DNA from: Squalus acanthias
Lineage: Eukaryota
Direction: 5' to 3'
NCBI GenBank assembly: GCA_030390025.1
Contig: CM059438.1
Coordinates: 8,184,001-8,248,000 of the forward strand
DNA length: 64,000 nucleotides
Shown: positions 36,411-47,072 of the stretch, one piece after another
How positions within the stretch are numbered: the stretch's first letter is position 1
Layout: each line of letters begins with the position of its first letter
The notes under the pieces: generated by a model
Told to the model about the DNA's origin: nothing
What the model saw: only the letters and a program-made list of their open reading frames with translations
Databases searched by the model: none
Program-made: the position numbers and the translations under genes

Positions 36411-38263
36411 ATGGAGAGGGTGAGAGAACGCGCTCATCGCTTCACCGAGCGGGCCTTGGATGCTCTGGTTGGCGCAGTGGAGCGCAGACGATGTATGCTG
36501 TTCCCTGAGAGTGGCAGGAGGCCTTTGCCACGCGAGTTCAGAAGAGTGTGGAGGGAGGTGGCTCAGAGCGTCTCCTCCAGGAGCATGGTGCCCAGGACCC
36601 ATACTCAATGCCGCAAAAAGTTCAACGACCTCACTCGGGTCGTCAGGGTGAGTGGCTTTTACTCAATACCTCTCCATCCCTCCATCTCAACCTCACTCTA
36701 TGGCCAGAGGGTCTTAAAACCCCAATGCACAACACTCATCCAACACCTATGGCCCTTTCATCAAACACACACACACATTCCACACTTTGCATACAGTAAG
36801 GGCTATTCACCTATGGGAGGCACATCAGGCAAGACCATGGCTGTATATTGTAAGGGCTATTCACCTATGGGAGGCACATCAGGCAAGACCATGGCTGTAT
36901 ATTGTAAGGGCTATTCACCTATGGGAGGCACATCAGGCAAGACCATGGCTGTATATTTACTCAGATGCTGTCCTTTTTCTTACAGGCCAAGCTGGCGCAT
37001 AATCGGAGACAGCAGCAACGGACAGGTGGAGGGCGGCCTCAGCTGCAACCCCTCAGCGATCTGGAGGAGCGCGTCCACAGGATTGTGGCAAGCCGGTTGA
37101 TCGGTCCCGTTGTGAACAGCAATGGTAAGGTCATCACCTTTTTGTCCTCTGTCCTTCCACTTGTCCCTCACAACACCAGCCTTTGACACTTTCAATCCAA
37201 CTTGCTAACTCGCTGCACTTATTCCTCCCTTACTGCCACCCTGTCCTCACGCTAAAGCCACTCTTGTACCTCCCTGCTTTCAGATGGTGATTCACCAGCT
37301 GAGGAGACGGGCCCTGAAGCTGCCACTGGGAGTGATGCTGCAGCTGAGGAGGAAGAGGAAGCCAGAGCATCAGTGCCACCCTCTCCCGAGAAAGCCCATG
37401 CCCACACTGGGAACACGCCTTCCCCAGAGGGGAGCAGGGGGGAAGGGGCTGATGATGGTGAAGCTCCAGGACCCAGCGGGCTGCAGCAACGCCATGGGGG
37501 GGGTAGGGAAGAACGGGGGCCTTCTCCCCAGAGGGAGAGTATGCCAGACACTCCTACTGCAATGGACGCAGAGGAGGAGCGGCTGATTGCAGAAATGAAC
37601 ACCCAGGCGGTGGGCATGCACACTGAGCTCATGGGTGCAGTGGGAAGGGTGCCCGAATGCATTGAGTCACTGGCAAGGAGTGTGGAGCACTTCGCTGTAG
37701 CACAGGCGGATGCCACACTAACGCTTAGTGCTGCAATTCAGTCACTGGCTGCCGTGATCCCACCTCTGACTGCTCTCATACAGACTCAGATGGAGGCCAC
37801 GCGAGCACAGACTGCTGCCAACCTCGATGGTTCGTGCACATGTCCCCGGGGCTGTCACCGCGCCGCAGCAGGCCAGCAATCTGTTCTCCGGCAGATTGCT
37901 CCGGATGCTGAAGTGCTGCCCCGTGGGAGTGCCAGTGTGTCGGGCGAGCAGGGAGTTGCTGTCCTCTCGCACGATGACAGCATTCCTGCTGCCAACACTG
38001 TCACTTCTCCACTGCACTTGCCACCGCCTGTAGGACAGACTGCTGCCGCCCATGCAGAGTTGGTGCAGTCTGCAGCCGGGCCCTCCAGGCCCAGAAGTGG
38101 TCGAGGCCGTCCTTCAGGGGCATCTGCAGTGTCAGGGTCTGACGAGCAGCAGCCTTCCACCAGCCTTGCTGCAGCCTCTGAGGTCCCATTACGGAGGAGC
38201 AGTAGGGTTAGAAGGGGGGAAGTGCGCAAGGGAAGGAGATCACCCTCGAAGGGCAAAAAGTAG
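36411..38263 (+). CDS. Harbinger Myb/SANT-like DNA-binding protein, 3 exons (36411-36647, 36986-37124, 37284-38263), ~451 aa
   Basis: RFTERALDALVGAVE...WREVA...RTHTQCRKKFNDL; GT-AG introns in phases 0 and 1 with pyrimidine tracts join into one open frame ending in a basic NLS-like tail (RKGRRSPSKGKK). Confidence 0.88.
36796..36957 (+). repeat. Perfect 3 x 54-bp tandem repeat in Myb intron 1
   Basis: Unit gtaagggctattcacctatgggaggcacatcaggcaagaccatggctgtatatt. Confidence 0.95.
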
Positions 38264-38557
38264 GAGGTGTGACAAAATGCTGGTCATTTTTTTATTAAAG
38301 GCCGAGGTTCATGGTCCAACTTTTGTTTAGTGTTTTGGACATTATCTCCAGGTTGTGAGAACCAGTTATGTTATTGACTGTTTTTTTGTGTTTATTTCTA
38401 TGAGTTTGTCATGAGGAATTGACACACACAGAGTTTGTAAAATAAATAAGTTTCTGTATTCAAAATATACATGGCTGGTGGTTGGAATTATTGGTGCCTT
38501 GGCCGGCTTAGGGGTTGCGTGCTGGGTTGATTAATGTTTGTAGCAATGGCAGGGGCC

Positions 38558-39718
38558 CTAGAAGCGGCTTGCTATTAGTCGTTGACGGACGGCCCTTGCA
38601 GTTTGACCATTGTGGGCCGCCCTCCCGCCTTGGTGCTGCTGATGATCATTGTCCTCGTCCTCTTCCTCCTCTTCCTCCTCCTCCTCTGGTGGTGCTACAA
38701 GGCCTGGTGGCATTGGCTGGGTCCTGAGGATTGCCATGTTGTGCAACATGCAGCACACGACTACGAAGTTCGAAACTTGCTCAGGCGAGTACTGCAGGGC
38801 TCCTCCGGAATGGTCCAGACAGCGGAACCGTTGTTTCAGCACGCCGATTGTGCGCTCAATAATGTTCCTGGTTGCTTGATGGCTTTCATTGTACCGCAGC
38901 TCAGCAGGGGTGTTTGGCGTACGGAGCGGTGTCATCAGCCAGGTGCTCAATGCGTACCCCTTGTCCCCGAGAAGCCAACCAACTGGCTGATGCGGTGCCT
39001 CAAAAACTTCTGCCACAGTAGTCTGGCGCAGGATGAAAGCATCGTGGCAGCTGCCCGGATAGTGGGCATTGACAGCGAGTATCACCTGTCTGTGGTCACA
39101 GACCAACTGGACATTCAAGGAATGGAACCCCTTTCTGTTCCTGAATTCCTCTGCATTCTCTCGCGGAGCACGCAAAGCCACATGCGTGCAGTCAATGGCG
39201 CCCTGCACCATGGGGAAGCCCGCTACCCTCGCAAAGCCCAGAGCACGGTCACGCTGCTTGTCTGGGGTCATAGGGAAAGAGATGAACTCTCGTCTCCTTC
39301 TGAAGAGGGCATTGGTGACCTGCCGGATGCAGCGATGCACCGCGAACTGGGAGATATTGGCGAGGTCCCCAACAGCAGCTTGGAATGAGCCAGTGGCGTA
39401 GAAGTTCAAAGCCACTGTGACCTTCACTGCCACCGACAGAGCCGTCCTGGACCTCAGCTGAGGCTGCAGATCTGGCTGCAGCAGGTGGCAGAGCTCAGTG
39501 ACCACCTCCTTGCTGAATCGCAGCCTTCGCAAACACAGCTCCTCGGACATATGGATGTAGGAGAGCTGTTCACGATATACCCTGGGAGGGTAAGCTCTCC
39601 TGTACATGCGCCTGATGGCCCTCCTCCGTCTGGCCATCATTGCCACTCTCTGTCTGCGTCTCTGTATCCTCCGATTCAGCTGGAGCAGGACGACGCCCCC
39701 AATCAGTGCAGCCCCCAT
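38558..39718 (-). CDS. Harbinger (HARBI1-like, DDE_Tnp_4) transposase, 386 aa
   Basis: Uninterrupted ORF from MGAAL: HTH region, [69 protein letters not shown]. Confidence 0.95.
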   Translation of the reverse strand: MGAALIGGVVLLQLNRRIQRRRQRVAMMARRRRAIRRMYRRAYPPRVYREQLSYIHMSEELCLRRLRFSKEVVTELCHLLQPDLQPQLRSRTALSVAVKVTVALNFYATGSFQAAVGDLANISQFAVHRCIRQVTNALFRRRREFISFPMTPDKQRDRALGFARVAGFPMVQGAIDCTHVALRAPRENAEEFRNRKGFHSLNVQLVCDHRQVILAVNAHYPGSCHDAFILRQTTVAEVFEAPHQPVGWLLGDKGYALSTWLMTPLRTPNTPAELRYNESHQATRNIIERTIGVLKQRFRCLDHSGGALQYSPEQVSNFVVVCCMLHNMAILRTQPMPPGLVAPPEEEEEEEEEDEDNDHQQHQGGRAAHNGQTARAVRQRLIASRF

Positions 39719-39912
39719 ATTCTCTTTGCCAGAAAAGTAATGAGGTACAGCAACTAAAGTAGCAACAAAGTTAGGATGAATAGGCAAAACTACCTCACAA
39801 AGCGTTGAGTCAATGTAGAAGTCTCTCTCTCTCTCTCTCCGAATCTCTCTCTCTCTCTCAGAACGAGTGGTGCATAAATGTCGACCACAGAAAAAGACAG
39901 GAAGAGGCCCCC

Positions 39913-39921
39913 TTTAAATAG
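39913..39921 (-). promoter_or_regulatory. Putative TATA box of transposase gene
   Basis: CTATTTAAAGGG on minus; the same motif lies upstream of the transposase stubs at ~4452 and ~10561. Confidence 0.55.
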
Positions 39922-40859
39922 CGCCCCCCCCAGCCCCACACCGATTGATAGCGTTCCAGTCTTCCGGTCGTTGGAAGCGCCAGGCGGTAAGGCAGGGGGC
40001 GCCACTCAATTTCCGCTCCGGGGCGCCCCAAGGGCGTTGCACCATGGAATGACGTCATAATCTGCGCGCGCAGGTGGTCGCAGCGGTAAGTTTTAGCGCC
40101 GCCGCACAATCTCAAGTTAAGTTCTCGAGCGGCGCAAACATCGCTGCGCCCGGGCGTTAGCGGCTTAACGCCCCATTAGCGCCCTCTTAAGGCGCTAACG
40201 GGAGGCGCAACCAAGTGAATTTTTACCCCTAAGTATTTTAAACAAAAATTTTATTTTTGAAAAAAAAATTAAAGTTTTTAACGGGGCTAAAAATAAACTT
40301 ACCTTTCTTTGAAGTATTTTTAAATGATAAATCAGTGGAAATTTTTTTTTTTTAACTTTTTTCAACTCTTATCCTGGTAAAAGCAGGCCTTACACCTGCT
40401 TTTACCAGGCGCAAGAATTGTAAGTGTTTTCTGCGGGCGGATGGTCTCCAAAAAACGGAACTCTCCACCCGCAGAGGCCCTGCTCCCGGGCAGGTGGAGG
40501 ATCTGTCAAGAGCTTTCTTGACAGATCGTAAATGCCGGTTTCCAGCGCATGCGCAGTGCATGCCTAAAACCGGCATTTCCGTTGGCCCTACGGGTGAGTA
40601 CACAGCGCGTACCCACCCGTAGGGAACAGAATTTCGACCTCATAAGAAACAGGAGCAGGAGTCGGTCTTATGGCCCCTCGAGCCTGCTCCGTCATTCAAT
40701 AAGATCTTCGACCTCAACTCCACTTTCCCGCCTGATCCCCTTATCGCTTGATTTCCCTAATGTGTGTTGTTTTGACCACCAATCTTCAAAATGACGTTCG
40801 TGCATCAGACTGGGATCAAAAAAGAGTGATCAGGATGATCTCACAACTTAAAATACTAA

Positions 40860-41539
40860 AGGGGAAAAATTGGGTCGCACCCACTTTGCTACTTTTAGCG
40901 CCCCGAAAAAGTTAGCGCCCCCGGTGCCCAAAATTCACCAGTAGTGCCCCGAGAGAGAGCTGGGACGCGACTGGAAGCGCCGCCTCCCTCTTGGGGGGCT
41001 GCGAGTGAATATCGCGGAGCTACGTGCCGCAGCGCCATGCTCTGCAGCACGTCGCGCCGCGGTACTGCAGGCCTTCCACCCCTTATTAAAGGGGAGCGGC
41101 CTAGCGCAGCGCGACCTGGGGCCCAGCTGGGCCACCAGGGATCGGAGTGCTGGCAAAAGAGCCTGGCACTCAAGAGAAGTGCCAGGCTCACGGAGCGCAG
41201 CCGGCACTCCGCAGGCGGTTGGGGGGGGGGGTGGCGGGGGGCTGCACAGAAGGCCGGGGCCAGCAACAAAAATGGCCTCCCAGCACCTTCCCTTTAATTT
41301 GCGCTGCCCCGGCTGCAGGTAGGCCCCCTGACTCTGTCGGACATAGCGTCTGGTGGTAAGTCAGGGGTCGCTACTGAAGATCGCAGCCGGGGCGCGAGTG
41401 GGGCGCTAACGGTTACCGCTGCCGCTAACCTCCCGCTGAATTTCACGGGAGGTGTTAGCGGCGCCGCGCCCAGGCGCTAGTTGCTTTGCGCCCCCTTAGG
41501 GCGCTAATGGGAGGCGCAAATCAAACGAATTTTTCCCCC
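40860..41539. mobile_element. Harbinger MITE related to the autonomous element
   Basis: TIRs AGGGGAAAAATT / AATTTTTCCCCC; right subterminal ggcgctaa.gggaggcgcaa shared with 40191-40210; flanks TAA/TAC. Confidence 0.85.
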
Positions 41540-43994
41540 TACATCTAGACAGGCTGAGAGAAGTGAACTTGTTCTCATTATAGGAAAGAGCAGGAAGATG
41601 AACCAGTTCATTAAAATTAGGAAAGTTTAGATAATGCAGATATAAGCTTGTTATGTAAACCTATAACTATTTTCACAGGACTAAAAAGGCATCAGGTCGA
41701 ATTACCAGACCTCAAAGCCCGGAGATTAAAATTTAAATTGATTATGCGAATAGGCAACTATCAAGAATAATTAGACTCTCTGATTTTGAGGCTCTATTTC
41801 TCCTGAACTTTGGTTGAAATATTTGTGTGAAATCAGCTGAAGTAAATCAGTGCTTTATCAGGTCAAAAGTAAAACAGAACGTTAGTTATCAGAAAATGGC
41901 GGGTTTAATTGGGAAATAATGGCAAATAAAAGGCATAGTGCACTTAGCTGGACAGTGAGTGATGAACTGAATCAATGAGCTGGAATCTATTTTTATTGAA
42001 AAGTGGGTGCATGCTGACTGCTATAACTCATCCTGCTATATACGGCAAGGAAAGACTTTCTATCTTTTAATTTTTTTCGGCTTTAAGTCGATGATTGTGT
42101 GTCAGGGTTTTTATTGGGCATAACCAAATTTGGAATTTATCTCTCATAATAATTATCAGGTTTAATCAGGTGAAACCTTAAAATCAGAAAGTTTAAAAAG
42201 TAACTACTGTATGGAACATGAGAGGGACAATTTTCCAGACCTTTGCCTCGGGGGAACGGCCATTCTCCAACGCAAAGGTCAGGAAAGAAGGGAGCAGAGA
42301 ATCGTTACACCACGTCTCTGATTCCTGTACGTCGCCCTGGGAATTCCAGGACTCCCCAGGGAGGGGTAAACAGGGTAGACCTGGGCCTTCGCCTACAATA
42401 GCTACAGGGCCAATGATGTCATGTAGGTGAGGTGGGAGAAAGCGCCCTCCGCCCTCCAACTTCAGATTCCTCTCCTCTCTTTGGTTAGGCACCTGTTTTG
42501 AGGGTCCCCCCCCCCCCCTCAGTTGACAGCTTTAGGCCTTGTGCTGGTGAACCCTCAGATCAGGAGATCCAAGGGAGCCTAGCAACAAAGCTCAATTACC
42601 CCCCCGCCTCCCAGTGCCCCCTCCGCCCCCCCGCACCCCCCCCCCCACCCCCCACTGCCTCGCAGGCCAAGGTTCTCCAACAGCAACCATAAGACTCCAA
42701 GGCTGTCGGTGAGACCCAGGGGTCTCAGGCCTGCAGATGCGTTCCAGTTTCCTGCCCTGCTTTCCAGCGCCAAGCCGGAGCAACGGATGGACATGCTGGG
42801 GATGTTCCTGCGTATGGCAATGACCTCATATATGAAATTTCAGTGCCACTGGGCATCTACAGGCAGGGCACCTCGGTACATTAGTCCTGTCCAGTGCCCT
42901 GTCAGGGCTCTGGGGGAATGCAGAGAAATCAGCCATAATGGCACCAGCCCTGTTCAAGGACCTCCCCTGCACTCCCAATCAATATACAGAGAAGGCAATT
43001 CCTCTCTGCCCTCTAGCCTCCAATAATTCTCTCCTCATTGCAACCTCTCTCCATTTTGCTACAGTCAGTGTTCCTCTGAACTTGTTGCTTCGAAGCTCCC
43101 ATTCTTCCTCGTCGTATCCCCACTGGTTGGAAGTGAGGACTCATTCCACTGTCTCCTACTTCAATACATTCTTTCCTATTCCCTCAAAAAATGTTCCTGA
43201 CCTCCTCAGATTTTTGTTCCTCCTACAATCTGCAGACTTTAAAATAAAAGCATGGAGACACCTGATCCCGACTTCCTGATCCACCTCTTCTACTCTTTCA
43301 TTCTCCTTTTCACCTTTGGTGATGTCATTGCCCTCTCATGTTGGTTTCTCAATGAAAGTGTCATCATCTGGGGATTGCAGTCAGCCAGAGCAGAATAACG
43401 CAGGTTATGTTAGATTGATATTATACGAGAATTCATTCAATTGTGTTGAGGTCAGATAGAAATTTCACAACCTTCTCTCTGCCCGTGGAGGTTCTACCTG
43501 TGTTAGTTCACTTCAAATAAGCCGATTAAATAAGTCAAAGGATCTCCACAGCCACACAGATAGTGGGCTCCATGGGGCAAATGGACTTTTCTCCCTTCGT
43601 ATGTTTCTGTGCTCGTAGCAACAGTCACAAGTGGGAGAAGCAGCATGGTTAGTTTCCTTTATTAATTTCCATGCTAAAACAGACCATTCAAACATTGATT
43701 TCATCCTGTAGTTGCTTCAACCTGCTGCTGTGTAACAGTGTGGTTAATTGCATCAATATCAACACTCAAGAGGCCTACCTAAACACCATAGATTTCCACT
43801 CTGCTTCCAGCAGCAATGGCTCAGTGCAGATAGCAAACAATCACGAGCTATAACATTGCTTGAGCCAACCATTTAGATTCAACAGTTACACATGACTACA
43901 AAAAGTGCAGACCAGGATGTGGTGCTGGATATGTAAACCCTGTTAACGTGTAAAACCTTCACGTCCAGTCTTAATTACAGATCCTTGAATAAAT

Positions 43995-44265
43995 TGGCCT
44001 TGGAGAGGGGTGCAGAGGAGATTTACTCGTTTGACACCAGGGTTGAGGGACTTCAGTTATGTGGAGAGACTGGAGAAGCTGGGATTGTTCTCCTTAGAGC
44101 AGAGAAGGTTAAGGGGAGATTTAAGATGGTGTTCAAAATTATGAGGGTTTTTTGATAGAGTAGATAGGGAGACACTTTATCCACTGGCAGGAAGGTCGGT
44201 AAGCAGACTTAAGATAATTGGCAAAGTGGGGAGATGCAAATCTTTTTTATACACAGCAAGTTATT
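43995..44265 (+). mobile_element. CR1 LINE fragment
   Basis: [39 protein letters not shown]. Confidence 0.85.
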
Positions 44266-44309
44266 ACAAGATATTGCAAAGAGTTAGGCTGCAAAGTAAA
44301 GAACACATT

Positions 44310-45090
44310 GGCCCAGATTTTGCGGTAAAAATAATGGTGAGGCTATCAGCGCTCACCATTATTAAAGTGTAAATCGGACAGCAATTTCCAGCGACCGCAC
44401 ATTCGCAGTTAAACGCGGAAATCGGGAAGTTGCTGTCCGAGTTGCTCCCCCAGAAGCTTCGCTATAACAGTATCTCGTCGAGAGACTCACGTTGAAACAC
44501 GTGGAACGGCGTGAAGTTGCTCCACTTACCAGATATATGCAAACTAAACTCACCAAAAAATGTCAAGGCTTGTCCATTCCAGTCTAACTAAATTTTTAAC
44601 GACATGATAGGTCTTAATTACTGCTAACCAACCTCTCTGGCACTGAAAATTAACTTTTACAAGTGTGGAGTCTCATTCCTTCAGATTTTAATTATTGTTG
44701 GAGATTTAAATTGTTTTAATTTATATAAAACTTTTTAAAAAACTTTTTACTTTCTGTCTCTTTTCTTTCTCTTAATCTCATCTTTCTTTACCTCTCTTCA
44801 TTACGCTTTCTGTACCTGATTTGACATTGAATTAAATATTCTAACTGACACTTCCTGGTTCAGACTCTGCACGCCTCAGTAAGAATTCTTCAATCTGATT
44901 GGTTAAGGAGATACACAATTGCTTGCCCTGTTCACACAAGTCCCAGATCCCCTGTAGAGGGCGATGTGCCGAAATGGCTCTCACATTGCAGCAAGTTCCA
45001 GTGCAAAATCCCGTAGAGAGTCCGTGGGCAAGAGTAAGTGTAATGAATGGCTGGCGCTGCTGGTTTCCTGCTGACTGCAAAATCCGGCCC
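44310..45090. mobile_element. Harbinger-like non-autonomous element (family of 28843-29758)
   Basis: Ends GGCCCAGATTTTGC / GCAAAATCCGGCCC; colinear in reverse with the 28843 copy. Confidence 0.75.
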
Positions 45091-45221
45091 ATATAGAAAC
45101 ATAGAAACTAGGAGCAGGAGTAGGCCATTCGGCCCGTCGAGCCTGCTCCACCATTCAATACGATCATGGCTGATCATCCAAATCCAGTACCCTGTCCCTG
45201 CTTTCTCACACAGAATCCCCA

Positions 45222-45537
45222 CATCGAGCCTGCACCTATCCCACCCTATCCCCGTAACCCCACGTATTTAATTCCCCCTAACATATCCCATCCTATCCCC
45301 ATAACCCCACATATTTAATCCCCCCCTAACACTAAGGGTCAATTTTATCATAGCCAAATCAACCTAACCCGCACATTTTTGGACTGTGGGAGGAAACCGG
45401 AGCACCCGGAGGAAACCCACGCAGACACGGGGAGAATGTGCAAACTCCACACAGACAGTCACCCGAGGTCGGATTCGAACCCGGGTCCTCTGGCGCTGTG
45501 AGGCACCAGTGCTAACCACTATGCCACCGTGTTGCCC
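45222..45537 (-). mobile_element. HE1-like V-SINE
   Basis: Head gggcaacacggtggcatagtggttagcac, B box ggttcgaatcc, V domain tgtgtggagtttgcacattctccccgtgtctgcgtgggtttcctccgggtgctccggtttcctcccaca; internal ~47-bp duplication. Confidence 0.85.
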
Positions 45538-45952
45538 TATATATATATAAATGAATTGCTTTGACTGTAAAAATTATACTCCATAACTCTTATACACTTA
45601 AAGAAAGGGAAGAAGATGTTGGAAGAAAGTCTTGGGAAGAGTACATTTTGGTCTTCTTTGTATAGATAGTTTAAATCGTCGCGTTAATTGCCATCATGGG
45701 GATCATTGTGCGACGCCACGTTTCCTGCCTGGGCCATTACACGGATATCAAGTATAGGCAAGGTCCCATGTGCCCAAAGCGGCTCCATTGCAAACAGCGT
45801 ACTCTACAGCTCGAGACTGGCCTTCCTGTTCGTGAGATCTTGCCGTGCGCAAATATTCCTGCCTTATCTGCCTATAACTGCACTTCAAATAAAATAATTT
45901 ATCGACTGTGAAGTGCTTTCCATGAGGATGTGAAAGGAGCTAGATGCATATA

Positions 45953-46797
45953 GGGGACGATTTTGTCAATGGGGGTGCGTTGGAGGCGGGACTGCTGCTT
46001 GTCAGGTTTTAGTCCCACCTCCATCGACTTGTGGCCAACCCACGCTATTTTCCCTTGATTGACTTTGTTAAGCCCGCCCAGCGGGCTTAGCAGGCCAATT
46101 AAGGGGAAGCCAGTTACAGAGAACGTCAGCGTATGACGTTTCATCTGTCAAAAATTTTTGACAGATGAATTGTCATCGTTTGACAGCTCTGTGAAGCTGT
46201 CAAACACTGACATTCTCTGTTGTTTGATGAGTCCTTGTATTCAAGACTCATCAAACCTCTTTCTTTAGCAGAAATTAGATGGTTGTTGCATCGGAGAATG
46301 CAGCAGCCATCTGTCATCTCTGCCGGTGAGATGCGAGAGTCTCCGCATCCCCAACGGTTGAAGCCTGCAGGAAGAAACAAAGGTAAGTAAACATTTTCTA
46401 TCACTTCCCACTCACCTCACACACTTACCTCTCCACACTCGCACCCATCACTTACCTTTCACAGTGCACTTTTGGACCCCGCAGACCCCCGCAGACCCAC
46501 TGCTCGCCTCGGTGACCCTGGCGGGGTTTCCCAACGTCGGGAAGCCCGCGCCTCTGCTGGAAAAATGGGGATAATCCTCTTAGCTGCCTGTTAACTACCT
46601 GTTAACAGGCAGTTAAGTGGCTGTAATCCCCTTCCCGCCTCCAGGAGATGGGACCCGGCGCGGGTCGGCTACCCGCCTCCTGCGAAGATGGCACGGAGGC
46701 GGGTTGGGGGCGGGATGGGTACCCGCCCCAGAATCTGCCATTTTTCCGGCAGTCCCGCCTCCAAACCCGCCTCCCCAGGGCTGGCAAGATCGCGCCC
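45953..46797. mobile_element. Harbinger-like MITE
   Basis: Ends GGGGACGATTTTGTCA / TGGCAAGATCGCGCCC; GC-rich subtermini; internal palindrome 46142-46167. Confidence 0.65.
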
Positions 46798-46800
46798 TTT

Positions 46801-47072
46801 GAATCATAGAATGATACTGCACAGAAGGAGGCCATTCAGGCCCATCTTGCCTGTGCTGGCTCTTTAGTAGAGCTATCCAATTAGTCCCACTCATCTGCTC
46901 TTTCCCCATAGCCCTGTAATTTTTTTCCCTTCAAGTATTTATCCAATTTCCTTTTGAAAGTTACAATTGAATCTGTTTCTGTTACCCTTTCAGGCAGTGC
47001 GTTCCAGATCACAACAACTCGCTGAGTAAAAAAATGTTTCCCTCATGTCGCCTCCAGTTCTTTTGCCAATCA
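46801..47072 (-). mobile_element. CR1 LINE 3' fragment
   Basis: Reverse complement of the 5990-6260 type end. Confidence 0.85.

Larger units (their letters stand above)
36054..40229. mobile_element. Autonomous PIF/Harbinger DNA transposon, TSD TAA
   Basis: TAA|GGTAGAAATT...AATTTTTACCCC|TAA; two convergent intact genes; clustered TTAGCGCC/GGCGCTAA subterminal motifs. Confidence 0.93.
35539..40641. mobile_element. Harbinger-type MITE (TSD ATA) hosting two nested insertions
   Basis: Ends GGCCCAGAAATTC / GAATTTCGACCTC; ATA on both flanks; removing it restores a CR1 tail aagaacataagaaacaggagcagg. Confidence 0.75.

Noticed and set aside
38582-39388. 268-aa antisense ORF and other overlapping ORFs in the Harbinger genes
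   Set aside because: Shadow ORFs of GC-rich coding sequence with no motifs.
38558-39787. Domesticated host gene HARBI1, or the 409-aa ORF start
   Set aside because: It lies within TIRs and a TSD with a Myb partner, so it is a transposon gene. The ORF-track start is a non-ATG codon; MGAAL at 39718 matches the MGAV/MGAA starts of the other copies.
40895-41359. Cluster of GC-rich ORFs or a CpG-island promoter
   Set aside because: Entirely within a Harbinger MITE; low-complexity translations.
45460-45537. tRNA genes (also 15560-15654, 52426-52520 and DeuSINE heads)
   Set aside because: A/B boxes continue into SINE/LINE bodies; there is no proper cloverleaf or terminator.
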